Positions 1 through 13,007 of a stretch of DNA of 64,000 nt are shown in pieces. This stretch comes from Octopus vulgaris (lineage: Eukaryota), in the NCBI GenBank assembly GCA_951406725.2, contig OX597825.1, positions 60,450,001-60,514,000 of the forward strand, given 5' to 3'. The position numbers and the translations under genes are program-made. The notes under the pieces were generated by a model that was given only the letters and a program-made list of their open reading frames with translations, was not told where the DNA came from and ran no database searches. The number at the start of each line of letters is the position of its first letter. Position 1 is the stretch's first letter.

Positions 1-2460
1 CCACCACATCTCTCTGTTTATGCTTATATATTGTGCACGTGCGAGTGTGTATATGCGTGTGCGTGTGTATGTATGAATAATGTTGCTAATGGTAAGCATA
101 AATATATTAATGATATCCCTAAGTATTTGAGTATTTTTCTATTCATAGTTAGGCATCTTACATATAGGTATATGCATATTGATTAGGAATCTCATCCATA
201 ACTACCTCTGTATTTTATGTAGGTTCCATCAAATAATATCATGGAGAATGTATCTAAAGTGTAATTGTCATTTTTATATATCAGATAATACAGATTTTCA
301 AATATGAAATACAAAAGATGAAATAGGCTTAATATCATCCGGGTTGTAATAAACAGATAGATATTCCTTACTGTACCACATGCAATAGCTTAATTTTGTA
401 TAGATTGTATAACAAACGAAAAATATTATTACAGGGAAACAAATGATACTAGATGGTTTTGCTACGCTGATTTCAAATCGATATTTAGATATTTTCTCAT
501 CACAACATTTTTATGCATTTTAATTGTTTTTGATTTGTCGATAATTCATTGATCAATACACACGTAGTTTTGATTCTTTTAAAGAGAAATCGCGGACATA
601 CCATGTGACAATTTTACGTAAATTCCTCAGATCTTCAGATTGCCTCAATCGGACATGCTATTGAAATGCAGATTTGCTTCAGTCAGATTTGTTGTCGCAA
701 GTCAACAGACTATATATCGAAAAATATCGAAAAGCACGACTGAATTTATTGCCTCGGTTATATATTATAGAGCCAGAAGAGCAACATATTTATCGTGTAC
801 AGTACAGTGCAATGTTAACAGCCTGGATAAATGATAAAAGAGAAATCAGTGGCGTTATCATATCTATCATTTCGTGTGAACCCACAACTACCTGAAGTTT
901 TCCTAAGAAAAATCTCGGCTCAAAATTGATATATGTCGTCAATCAACAACTGAGACTCTTGATGAACCTTAAAACCCTTACTATATGCGAAAGCAATTTC
1001 ATCAATTCCACTAGCAATAATTACAGATAATAGACATTCAAATATTTGGATACTGATATGGTAACAACGGTAGCCCCTATATCAAAGATGAACATAATTT
1101 CCCACATCTGATCAATTAAAGTGAAATAATTTGGTGGATAATTTTGTATTTAAATAAGCAACGACAGAGGTGTTCCGGCTTAGATTTCAAGAACAGAATC
1201 TCCTCCAGCCACTTCTTCCTTTTTTGTTTTTATTTCATATCATGATATAAAGCATTCGTTATTTCACATGAAAACTAAAACAACCCCAGCTGTCTCGACA
1301 GAAAACTTTTTTATGTTAATTCATTCTATCAGGTAATACGATTCTATCTTGTGACATATTCTTATTCTCATATCATTTATCTTTTAGCTTACTCCTATAC
1401 ATCCAATCTGGTGACACGATATTGACTCTATCAGGTGACATACATTGACTCATTTTATGAAATTATTCTTTTCAACCGCGTGCCGCTTCTTCTTTGTCTT
1501 ATTCTTTTACACCTTGGACAATTGAATTATAGTCTACTCTTTTACATTTCGTTTTGGAATTATTGTAATATTATTCATTCATGAATAAAATCATTATCTG
1601 AGCCCAATATTGTTATTCGTTCCTATGTTATAACAAAAATTTGTTTCTTCTTTGATAGCAGTGGTCTGGTAGTCGTCTATCTTTTCAAGCAAAAGAAAAA
1701 AAACAATCTCTTTTACTCCCGTATATTGTGTGAGGTACCCAGAATTAAATATTTTCTCATCATTTTGCCGAATGAGTTATATTAGCATTCATCAGCAAAT
1801 GGAATTATTCTGTTTTCTTTCGTCAAGATACTGTAGAATACGTAATATGTTCACAGTAAATAAAGTCGCAGGCAAAAAAAAAAGAACTCTGTCGATGTAT
1901 ATGAAATGTCAGATGAACCGATACAATATCCCTAGGAAGATTAATGATACACAACCTACAGTTCACTGAGTAAGACAGTTTAAAACTAATTATAAAAGAA
2001 CTCAAACTTAGCTGGAGCAACCCTTAATTAAGACCCTATAATTCCCTAAACATTGCATTCGACGTTTTCATCGGTGCGTGCAACAGTAGCACAACAAATA
2101 CATTATAGGAGTAGGTGATGAAACATGTTTGGTGAGTTATCATTTATTATCCCTAAGCTGCCATATTCAGTTTTTCACTTTACGTCTTGAGTTCAAACAG
2201 CACTGAGATCATCGTTGATTTCCATTCATAAGGGATCGATAAAATGAATATAAGTCTTGTTTTCGGCTAAAGTAAACCAACTGTGCGGCCTTGTTAGAAA
2301 CGTACTACTGTTCCAGATCTTTTTACTTTACATTTGCTTATAGGTGTCAACGAGTGTGCCATTACCAGGAAATCTAATATGTCAGGCAAACAAATTTGGG
2401 ATATCTGTGATTAGGAGATAAAATGAATCGTACTATAGAAGTACTTTATTTTGCCCATCT

Positions 2461-2662
2461 CTGGCATTCCATCAGTTACGACGACGAGGGCTCTACTTGA
2501 TCCGATGAACGGAACACCCTACTCATGAAATTAACGTGTAAGTAGCTGAGCACTCTACAGATACGCGTGCCCTTAACGTAGTTTACAATGAGATTCAGCG
2601 TGACACAGTGTGACAAGGCTGGCCCCTTCGAAATACAGATACTACTCATTATTGTCAGCTGG
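2461..2662 (-). mobile_element. Dispersed SINE-like repeat (third family), partial
   Basis: GC-richer block ctggcattccatcagttacgacgacgaggg...cagcgtgacacagtgtgacaaggctggcccc. Decayed homologues occur at ~10700-10860 and ~30870-31050. Orientation and SINE class are inferred. Confidence 0.5.
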
Positions 2663-2989
2663 AAAATGTAAAATTAAGAAATCTTGGCTTCATTGGATCT
2701 CAGAAATTCATAGAGAATAGCTATGCATTTTTCCAACACATTGTTCACTATGATAGAATTATTGCAATCAGTAAAATATAATTTCTCAGTTCAATTAGCA
2801 ATATACGACACTAATGATATTATGTTCAGACAGTTTTAATGATCAACTTCATAACCAAGCTAGTGCTGATTTCATTATCAATATTGCAGACATCATTTCA
2901 TTTCCAAACTGTAACACATTAATTATAGTATTACGTCCCGAGGATAGTTTCAAATTATGGCTCAATGTTCCAATACTCACCTTTTACTT

Positions 2990-3045
2990 ATCTTATCGAC
3001 TCCGAAAGGATGAAAGGGAAAATGGACCTCGGCGGAGCTTCATAA
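2990..3045 (-). mobile_element. Fragment of Meta-domain-like SINE
   Basis: ttatcgactccgaaaggatgaaagggaaaatggacctcggcgga matches the central part of the SINE at 50171-50400. Confidence 0.55.
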
Positions 3046-3836
3046 CAATACGTCAGCATAAAATATACTAGAAATGATGGTATTGTGAGAAAACAATGGT
3101 ATTGTGAGAAAAAGAACAACAAATTGATCTGTGTTCTCCAGATACAATGGGTTAGTTGTACAGTAAATATTTTAAACAATTCCGAGGATTCTCTATCAGA
3201 TGTTCCCGGTTGAAGATATGCTCAAATACGTACATATATGGAATACATGACCGAAATAGATCAGCTGTAATGAAGAGCAGACACTTGTTTAATAACGTGA
3301 TATGCATATCAGTCACACGTGTACAAGTTCATCCACAAAACAGACACGCATATATATACATACATTCATACATGTGCACATCAGTTAATTCGCATAAGTA
3401 CAAAAGCCTACAGCTGTTTTGACTTGAAGAAAGGAACCATGTTACTTTGATAACGACCGACTTAAATTCTACAAAGGATTAAATTTAAATCACTCCGAAA
3501 GATATGTCTTACCCATTTAGATGAGAAGTGTTTTATGGGCAAGACAATGTGGTAATGACTTCGTCATGTGTACATGTACTTCGCTGCGTAAATTATACCT
3601 CTGCATAAGCGATGCTATAATCACATACCTCTGTCTTACGATGCATGCAATCAGGATTTCTACTGACATAACGTAGCAACGCAACATAGGTGTCATATCA
3701 CGTAAACATATATTTTCTTTCGATAATGCATTGTACACGAACCTAACATTGACATCACGAAATAATAAAGAACCGCATGAACACGACAGTAATAATACGT
3801 TGCTCTACAATGCTGCACAGCATATCTGGAAAGACG

Positions 3837-3838
<2 letters not shown>

Positions 3839-3895
<57 letters not shown>

Positions 3896-3945
3896 TACCT
3901 ATATATATACATGTATATATATATATATATGTATGTATATATTAT
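3839..3945. repeat. (AT)n microsatellite
   Basis: Direct reading. Confidence 0.95.
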
Positions 3946-4209
3946 GCATTTATGTATTGGAAATGACTAATGAAAATCATGTAATTATACTAGACCCGTC
4001 CATTATTTATTGCCATGAATATAGTTGAATAAATATATTATTACGTACTTGGGATAGGAAATATGGATGAATTCCAAGCATTCATTTTATGTGTTTATAA
4101 TGAAAACAAATTGATATGTTGGAGGAATAACTAAAACACATCTAATAGACATATCTCGTTATTTACCCGCAAACAAGACACATCATGCACATACACACTT
4201 CTGCACATA

Positions 4210-4260
4210 TGTAGTTATGTATATATGTATATATGTATGCATGTACGCATGCGTATATGC

Positions 4261-4296
<36 letters not shown>

Positions 4297-4314
4297 GTGT
4301 GTATGTGTGTATGT

Positions 4315-4345
<31 letters not shown>

Positions 4346-4510
4346 GATATATATAGAGAGAGAGAGAGAAAGAGAGAGAGAGGGAGATGTTTGCTTGTAT
4401 ATGCAAACACAAATATAAGTATACGTATATGAATATGTATATATATGTATATTTACATACATATATATATGCATATATGTTTATATGCATGTATATATAT
4501 ATACACACAC
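4210..4510. repeat. Compound microsatellite (AT)n/(GT)n/(GATA)n/(GA)n
   Basis: Direct reading. Confidence 0.95.
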
Positions 4511-4802
4511 ATAGAATGAGAGTGATGGTAAATAATAACCACGTTATCATATAGCGTTAGAAGTAATCTGTAATCTTTAACAAATCACTTCTAACTCGTA
4601 TGTTGAGCGTAGCCACATAAATGCAAAATAAACACATAAACGCATGCAGAATAAACTCATAAAGGCATGCATACACACGTACACACGTGCATACATATAT
4701 AAATATATGCACCTGCATGTACCTATAATGTATCTATATGAATGCATACATACGTATCTTTATGTATCATATATTTGAGCATCTATGTAGTTCAATGCAA
4801 AT

Positions 4803-4844
<42 letters not shown>

Positions 4845-5703
4845 ACTGTTAAAATAATAAGGGTAGAAAATTTAGAGAAATTCTCCTTGCAGTGGCCAGC
4901 ATGCGTAATAAAGTCAATAGACGACATATTTTTCATATACAATGGTGTACAAATAATTTACCTACTTATACACAAAAGAGGTGGCCTTTAACAGGACATG
5001 TTACTTGCTAGAAAGGGCAGTTAAAACCCAAACTGCGAGTAGGAGTAATTTCAGAGGGAATGAAAATTAAAATATTTTTGTAGGTACACTTAGACTCGAG
5101 TTTCTGCATCAATGTGCAAATACATTCATTTTTCATCCTTGCTTTTACACTAAGGGCACTAATATTAAAGCATATTTATGCAGCACCGAAAATGCACGTG
5201 CTACATACTTACACATTATATTTATCAAATCCAACGCGCAAGCGCAGTTACTTTCGGCAGCAAATAGTACGAAATTGCTTCGAAACTACGGAAATTTTAC
5301 TGTGAAAATAATAAGGGTAGAAAATTTAGAGAAATTTCCCTACCGGTGGCTAGCATGCGTAATAAAGTCAATAGAAATATATTTTTTTATATAAAATAGT
5401 GTAAAAATAGTGGATTTGAAAATTATAAAGTATAAGTATGTAACATATGTATTTTCGGTGCTGCTTAAATAGGCATTAATTTTGGCGCACTTACCGAAAA
5501 AGCACGGATGACAAATTACTATATTTGCTCACTGATGCACAGACTCGAGTCTTAGGGTAACTACAAAAATATTTTTATTTTCATTCCCTTTGAAATTACA
5601 TTACTCTTTTTCGTGGTTGAGCTTTAACTGATCACTCTAGTATGTAAGGTGTCCTGTTAAAGGTCTCTTCCTTTATGTATAAATGCATAAATTATTCATA
5701 CAC

Positions 5704-5712
<9 letters not shown>
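4845..5712. mobile_element. Non-coding element with a 454-bp-period direct repeat plus an inverted copy (Penelope pLTR / retrozyme-like)
   Basis: aaaataataagggtagaaaatttagagaaatt occurs at 4851 and 5305. ~5410-5712 is the diverged reverse complement of ~4930-5235. Both ends abut (AT)n. Confidence 0.65.
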
Positions 5713-5736
<24 letters not shown>

Positions 5737-5739
5737 GTG

Positions 5740-7090
5740 GCTTCCCCCCCGTTATTGTGTTTGAAATGGAGGCTTATAAGGCCGAGATTAGTTTCGGTTA
5801 AGACATTTGCTATTTTGCTTTTAAGTTTAGTATCACAAGTATAGAATATTCTTCATCGGAATCCGCTTAATTCTAGAGCCTGGTTATAGTAAGTAGCGTG
5901 GGTATTAAATATTTCTTCATTCGCTGATAATTAGAAATTCTTATTGGAATGCCTGTAATTACGCTGACAAGGGTTATTGTAGGATGATTTGAAAGGACGT
6001 TTATATAATGCAAAGTTTGGTAAGGCTTTTGAAATGGGTAATATAAATTTGTATTTAAATTGAGTTTGAGATCCCCAAAATTTAGCACCTTGGTATTTGT
6101 TTACGAGCAACAATCAATGCTTTGTCTAAGAGAATCGGCGATATCGATGCATAGTATCAATATAAAACTGATATAACAAACTGAATAATATTAATACGGT
6201 TTTTATCCTTGAGGGAATAAAAACCAGTTAATGACATCGTCTGTTGAGTTCCAAAGAGGGAGCGCAACATTAGCTCTAACACGTTCTATTATACATTTAC
6301 TAATTTTGTCTAAATCTGACTTTGTGGGACAGATGAGTCGGGTGGAGAGGAAATTAAACTTGAGGTCTTTCAGGGTAAAATTAAGTATTTGGGGTTCATA
6401 TTGTTCAGTTCTGTTTAATAATTTCAGATCTACGATAAGCTAATAATGTGTATTATTAGTGTTTAGCTTTTTTAATATTAAATTGTTGTATGTTTCCAAA
6501 AGTAAAGAAAAGAGGTTGCCAGTTTTATCGAAGAAAACATGTAGATTTGGCGAAGATTATATTTCTGATATAGTTTTGGGAAGCTCATTCTAGAATGAGT
6601 TAGTGTAGTTAGAAAAGTTTAAGTTTTTAATCACACGCATAAGATCCTTCTCAAAATTTGCTAACAGAGGAATTGGAGGCGGGTTTTTATACGATTTCTG
6701 GTTGTACGTATTCTATTCTATTAATGGATTCATTCGTCTTCTAAAATAGGGCTTCTATAAATGTATTCCATGATGGAATTGGGATATTTTTAGCAGAGAT
6801 GCCTAAGAATAGTTTCTACCTTGGTTTCGTCAATCTGCAGGACTCTATCAAGCAAATTGTATATGATCATAATGAAAAAATATTTCCTATATAACGTTGC
6901 TTTTACAGAGAATGAAAAAATAGTTTTACCATTCCATAGCAAAACCGTTGTACTACACTTTAATAATGTTTGCCATCTTGGCATCTGAAGCAGCTGGATA
7001 TATGATAATTTGGCAAAAAGAACCGGCTATTACAAGCAAAAATAAATATTGAAAAAAGAAACCGCATTAGAGCAAATTTGGACATACGAG
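5740..7090 (-). pseudogene. Decayed Penelope-like element reverse transcriptase (Penelope/Poseidon type)
   Basis: ORF 5873-6088 YYPFQKPYQTLHYINVLSNHPTITLVSVITGIPIRISN resembles the PLE RT thumb motif (Y.P..KP.....YI...SNHP......IP..I..R.S). A degenerate R-Y-R-D-like motif lies near 6130-6150. Frameshifted; outer limits approximate. Confidence 0.7.
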
Positions 7091-7108
7091 AGTTTAATTT
7101 AATAGCAA

Positions 7109-7180
<72 letters not shown>

Positions 7181-7196
7181 GAAAGTTTACGAAAAT

Positions 7197-7235
<39 letters not shown>
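7109..7235. repeat. (AT)n microsatellite interrupted by a short insert (aagggaaagtttacgaaaataaaa)
   Basis: Direct reading. Confidence 0.9.
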
Positions 7236-7238
<3 letters not shown>

Positions 7239-7472
7239 AACATACTATGTTCCCTCTTAAACATTTCAACATTCTAGTCCTATATCTATCCTATATCTCT
7301 TTCTTCCACATCCCCTCTTTTTTTTGTCTAAGAACTCTAATCGATTCTACTCCTACATATATGACCTCTTTCTTTCCTTTTCATCTTGACTATTCCATTT
7401 CTTCTATCATTTATCTCTCTGAATTTGTATTGCAAGATTCCTGATGTGAAATCATACGCTGAAACAGATAGC

Positions 7473-7872
7473 GTTGTATTTAGGTATAGGCATTCTTTTG
7501 GAAAATAAACACACGCACTATATATTCGTTCTTCACTCGTTTATTACTGCTCTTATGCTAACTCATGTCCATTATCCTGAAATCATTAGTCACACATCTG
7601 TTACCTCTTCAGCAACACTTTCCACCCGCGTGTATTCTGTTTTTCTATAATGTGTATGCTTATATGCGCATAGAAGAACAGAATGGTTTAAGCGGAGCAG
7701 GAGCACACATGAAGAGGGAAAGTATTACTGAAGAGGTCACAGATGTGTGACAAAAGATTTCCGGCAATGGACATGAGTTAACATAAAAACAGTAATTAGC
7801 GAATGAAGAACGAATATATACTGCGTGTGTTTATTTGTAAAAAAAAAAAAAGACCATTCTGAAATGCAACAA
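7473..7872. repeat. Long imperfect inverted repeat (arms ~7473-7640 and ~7697-7872)
   Basis: aaataaacacacgcactatatattcgttcttca...aactcatgtccatt...gtcacacatctgttacctcttcag is reverse-complemented as ctgaagaggtcacagatgtgtgac...aatggacatgagtt...tgaagaacgaatatatactgcgtgtgtttattt. Confidence 0.85.
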
Positions 7873-9356
7873 TATTTATATTTTTATTCTGTATAATTGT
7901 GTACGCATGGGTACGCCAAATTATTTGTTTACTGTTGACATAGTAAAGAGACCCCAGCTTAATATTCACAGTAACTGTCTGCCCTTTGTACGATTCATCA
8001 CTCCTAACTATTTGACGTCTCCCTTCACTTTTCTTACTTACCTACCATTTTATTTCTTGGGTTCCCAGCGAGAAGGTAAGCTTCGTTTAATTGAGGTATA
8101 TTCGGCCTGATCAGTAGCTAGTTGAGTATCCCTCTTTGTGATATTATTATATCGGAAGATCTGCTAGCTAGAAAACATATGTACGCTGCATTTTACATGT
8201 TTCACTCCCGTAATTTGGATCTTAATTTGCGTTCATAGCAACTCTAGTTGATAGCCGTGGGTTATACAAATATGTTTTCAACTTATCGAACTTCGGCCTA
8301 CAAACCTCGACGCCAATGAATAGTTTTTGACTTGTTTTTCATACCTACCACAGAATGCTCGAAGCTTACAGACTTCCTACACTTAGATTCTTGGATGTTA
8401 CCCACACAGACACACACACGTATATATATATATATACACATATATATTAATCTATATTTTTGTTACTTTTCATTTGTCTTGCTCGCTTACGCTTCTGGTG
8501 TTTGCTAAATTTTCTAGAGAACAATTCTTAGTGGTTAAGACCATAGCAGATCTTCTTCTAGCGTAAGGGTTTCCATATTCCCTCTTATATATATATGTAA
8601 TATATATATATATATGTATATATATAGGTGTGATTTTATATGCATACTTTTATTATACATGTATACATATGTATTTGTGTATATATTTCCTACAAATTTA
8701 CGTATATCTATGAATTACAAATTACTTTGCAGATAATTAGTGAAACTACTTTTGTCGATATGTGGTGGAAGGGGCAATAGTTTGTACGCCGTCACAGATA
8801 AAAGCATTTATCGTAGTAAACCAAATATTCACATCTCTGAATTGCCAAAGTCAACCTAAGATGCAAGACAAACAAAACAAATATACGTAAATCTGACATA
8901 TGCAAATAGTACAATCAGTGTAATTATTGACGTCAGCGTTTAATTAAAATCTAATAGAAATTACATTTTGTATTGTAATTGTTGTCCGTCGAATGTCTTT
9001 GTTATGTAGATGGACTACACGTAAAGGAAATGTTTCATTAACATAATTAACCTGAATGTTTAGTTGTCCCCAGTGTGGAAAGATATATATGTGTGTATGT
9101 TTGCGTGAGTCTTTGTCTTGCGTTTGTTCCCCAGAACAGTTTGATAGGCAGGTTGGCTTTGCCTACGTTCCTGTATTCTATATATGTAGATATATTGAGA
9201 TTGTCCTCCTCTGTTTGCTTCGCCGTTGGGGTCTAGATCTTGCTGTTTAGTCGTGTTTAGTCAGGGACTAAACGCACACACAAACACACACACGCACAAA
9301 CATATACACATATATATGTACATATAGACATAGAACGGCGAAGAGACGGGTGTGTA

Positions 9357-9720
9357 CGGCGCAAGAGTGGCTGTATGGCAAGTAGCTTGCTTACTATCCC
9401 CATGACAACTTGGACAAGTGTCTTCTACTATAGCCTCAGGCCGACCAAACCTTGTAAGTGGATTTGGTAGAGAGAAACTGAAAGAAGCTTGTCGTATATA
9501 TGTATATATATATGTATGAATATATGTGTTTATGTTTGTGTGTCTGTGTTTGTTCCCCCAACATCGCTTGACAACCGATGGTGGTGTATACGTCCCTGTA
9601 ACTTAGATACCGATAAAATAAGTACTAGGCTTACAAAGAATAAGTCCTGGGGTCGATTTTCTCGACTAAAGGCGGTGCTCCAGCATGGCTGGTGTCGAAG
9701 GACCGAAACAAATAAAAAAG
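9357..9720 (+). mobile_element. tRNA-derived CORE-like SINE (octopus type)
   Basis: Head ggcgcaagagtggctgtatgg, CORE-like ttggacaagtgtcttctactatagcctc, internal (TA/TG)n, tail ggcggtgctccagcatggc. Homologous to copies at 18140-18528 and 40166-40594. Confidence 0.85.
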
Positions 9721-9767
<47 letters not shown>

Positions 9768-9768
9768 C

Positions 9769-9816
<48 letters not shown>

Positions 9817-10197
9817 TACGCGTGTGTACGTCTTACATGAATCTAGCATAGAAAATAGTTTGTAACTTTATAAGAAAGCGCAGCTTCTTCAATTGCAACT
9901 CTGAGTTTCACGTTGCCTATTATTCGAGCGGTAAGTAACGTGAAGTAGCATACCAATATGGCATTAAATCTGTTCGTAATTAATCAATAAGTTGTTAAAA
10001 AATGATTATTTGCTGAACAACCGCTATGTAGTCTTCCAGTCATCCAACCGTGTAATAGTCACCCGCAGCACACGTGTTAAAATTCCTCTACTAACATGTA
10101 AAACCTCTTGATACTTTCATGACTTCAGTATCATATGTGTAAATCCCACTAAATTAAAGATTGTTTTATTACTAAATGACGTTTAATTTTTTTTATT

Positions 10198-10280
10198 ATT
10201 TCATCTAGTTTCAGCTCACGTGCTGTGGCCATATCGTGCACCACCATTTGGTGTTGCTACATAATTTTACTTCACGAATA
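10198..10280 (-). mobile_element. 3' UTR fragment of the CR1-like LINE
   Basis: Reverse complement matches 56482-56565 (tattcgtgaagtaaaattatgtagcaacaccaaatgg...gagctgaaactagatga). Confidence 0.85.
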
Positions 10281-11260
10281 AATAAGTTAACTTTTTCTTG
10301 CTAAAAAATGTATTTCACAATATGACAGATACATTATTTGGGAAATATATTATTTTTAGGATTTAGGCGGAATTCTCATAGATTTTGTGGGGACTATTAC
10401 GTAGAGATAGACCAGTCAGATATTTATGCGTTCGTTCATTTAAAGTGACTTTAAAATGTAATATTCAAGTGTTAAGACATCACTCATGTCTTCTAGTACA
10501 AATATTACAAGTTCTATCTTGTGTATAACATCTCAGTTTAAGAATATTTTGTAAAAAGCATATGTTAGTTATTTTAACCGTATGCCTTCCCAATCTGCAG
10601 CTGTTGTATGTATGCCGTTGTTAGGGTTTAGTTCTCGGTCAGCTAAGTTTCAGGGGCCTATGATTGAACGCAATTCCACCTCGAAAATTCAGTGACTTGC
10701 TGTAAACCTGCGGCATACAACTGTGATTGTACGTTGATCAACGAAATGTTTGACTTGTTAAATTAATGAACGAGTTAACAAGTATCTCGCAAATACGTGT
10801 ACCGTTAGCGTGATTCCTAAACCGAATCCACATAAGACAATGAGTGATGTGAGGGGATTATAAATTACAAATGAAATCCACTCGAAAGGCTTCCACATAG
10901 TTTCTATTAGCTTAAAATTGTTTCAAAACGACCCAATCGAACCAAGGTCATATAAAAACCACTTGCATAACATACTGCACAGTAGAATCGAGTCAAAACT
11001 GCAAAATTACTTAAAGCTTTAACTACATTCTCGTCAGCTTTTAAAGACATAATATATTCTAGATTACGACGTTACTAAAGTTTACTCTCTTTTTATGATG
11101 GTGGTATAAATCGAATGAAATTCCGGCTGCTATCTCTAGTGAGTCGAACAAACATGAAAATATATCTTACTGACACGATGTTTGTGTACGCGTATGACTT
11201 GCTGTGCACGTGTGTATAAGTTTTGCGTATATATTGCCCGTATACTTTTTGTGCTATATA

Positions 11261-11487
11261 TTTGGTTGTCTGGGAAGTTTGTGCAGATTTATAGTATCTT
11301 ACCTTTCGACTTACCCTACCAGGCACCTCAATTCTGGGAAGAGGGTATTTTCAAGTTAAAGAAAAGATGGAGACGAATTGTACAACAAAAATGGTTCATA
11401 TTTGGTTGATTAAAGATGTAATGGCAAGTATTTATTGACTTTTTTTCTTTCCTTTAAAAATCGGCACGAACTTTCCGGACAACCCAA
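11261..11487 (+). mobile_element. mariner-derived MITE / internal deletion derivative
   Basis: 30-bp TIRs (tttggttgtctgggaagtttgtgcagattt / aaatcggcacgaactttccggacaacccaa, 25/30 match) with TA on both sides. Internal PQFWEEGIFKLKKRWRRIVQQ resembles the mariner transposase C-terminus. Confidence 0.85.
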
Positions 11488-12946
11488 TATTTATATATAT
11501 ATATATGTATATATATAATGGACCCGTTTGACTGTTATAGAGATTGGTTTGCGATAATCGTTCTAGCTGTGTTCTCTGTGAGCTCAAATTACGATGAGAT
11601 CAATTTCGTATTTCACGCTCTCCGGCTGATAAATAAAGTACTGGACAATCTTACTCTTTCTCAATTTTCTTGAAAAGCTCGGGAAGAATCAGACACAGAA
11701 AGATGGGCTCTCTCAGGTCTGAAACGAAGGATAATGCCGTAGACATGCCGCATGTTAGAATGGCGTACCCACGACTCCGTAATGAGTTGAACAGCGGAAG
11801 ACAGGGGCAAGTAAGCCATGTTTCTATACGTATGTATTTCGTTTATCTTGAATGCGTAGTTTCATTTGGTTTCACAACCGGTCGTAACTTATTTAATGAT
11901 ATTTGTGTATGAGTACGTATGTCTGTATATACATTACAATGGAACGTACGTGTATTTGCAGAGAATAACAATGTGATTTATTATTTCTACAATCTGACTG
12001 CATTCATTTGCATATTTTATATTTCTGTAGATGTGGATATACATATTCCAGCCTATTTAAATCGATTCTGGCGCTTTTGTGTTTAAAGTACCTATGCGTG
12101 TGTATGTGTGTATGCGCGTGTGTTTTCCTTTATAGATGTTTGTAAAGCTGTAAAGATACGTGCATATATGTATATGTATGCAATCATTTATCCTATGCAC
12201 ATACACATATTTATACATGCATTCATATGCATGTATATTTACAAACATGTATACACATATACGCACACACATATAATATATATCTGTGAGTATCAGTGCT
12301 TGTGTCTGCGCGATTATAGTCTTGCGTGTGCGAGACCTGACAACAATTTATAATTCCGCAATACTGTTCCGATGTCTACAGAGCAGGTGTGCTTCCATTT
12401 CCTTTGAATATTAATAACCGAGACAAAGACGTTTAATGAAAATATCACAGTAACAATATACCATACAATGCATCGTCTGCAGACAAAGCAATATTATCAG
12501 AAATATTTAAACATCCACAATTACAGACACTTGTAAATGCAATCACTTGAGTAATAAAGGTGATTGATATGAACTACAAAACCTGCAATTGTTTAGAAGG
12601 AAGACTTTCAAAAACAAAAGGAGTGTACGTGTTTCGATTCCCAGGCATTTTGTTTTCCATTTTATTCATGATACTTTGAAGAAATGTCTTACAATGACTT
12701 TGGTGTATGTATGGAAATAAGTTTAGTAATGATAAAAATAAAGTAAACTATATACTCAAGAAGGATACTGCTGGGCAATTTAAGCCCATTTTCATCATAT
12801 GAATTAAATACGAGATGTGTCTCGAAGAAAAACAAAATTTGAAAATAAAACAAGAATCAAAGAAAATAATGGCCATTTTAGTCTTGGGATTCTCAAACGA
12901 CGCGCTTTAAATTAAAAATGAAAAATCTAGTAGAATGTAAGTAGAT

Positions 12947-13007
12947 GGCTGTTACTGATGAAGCATAGATACACGGAAACCACTAGATGTAGCTGTACTA
13001 CTGTCCA
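12947..13007 (+). ncRNA. Decayed type I hammerhead ribozyme motif
   Basis: CTGATGA at 12955-12961, GAAAC at 12976-12980, partial helix III (CTA-gatg-TAG) and a GTA triplet. Helices I and II pair poorly. Confidence 0.4.

Noticed and set aside
8200-8403. Possible PLE RT fragment (LRFLDVT)
   Set aside because: A single short motif with no supporting frame; too weak to annotate.
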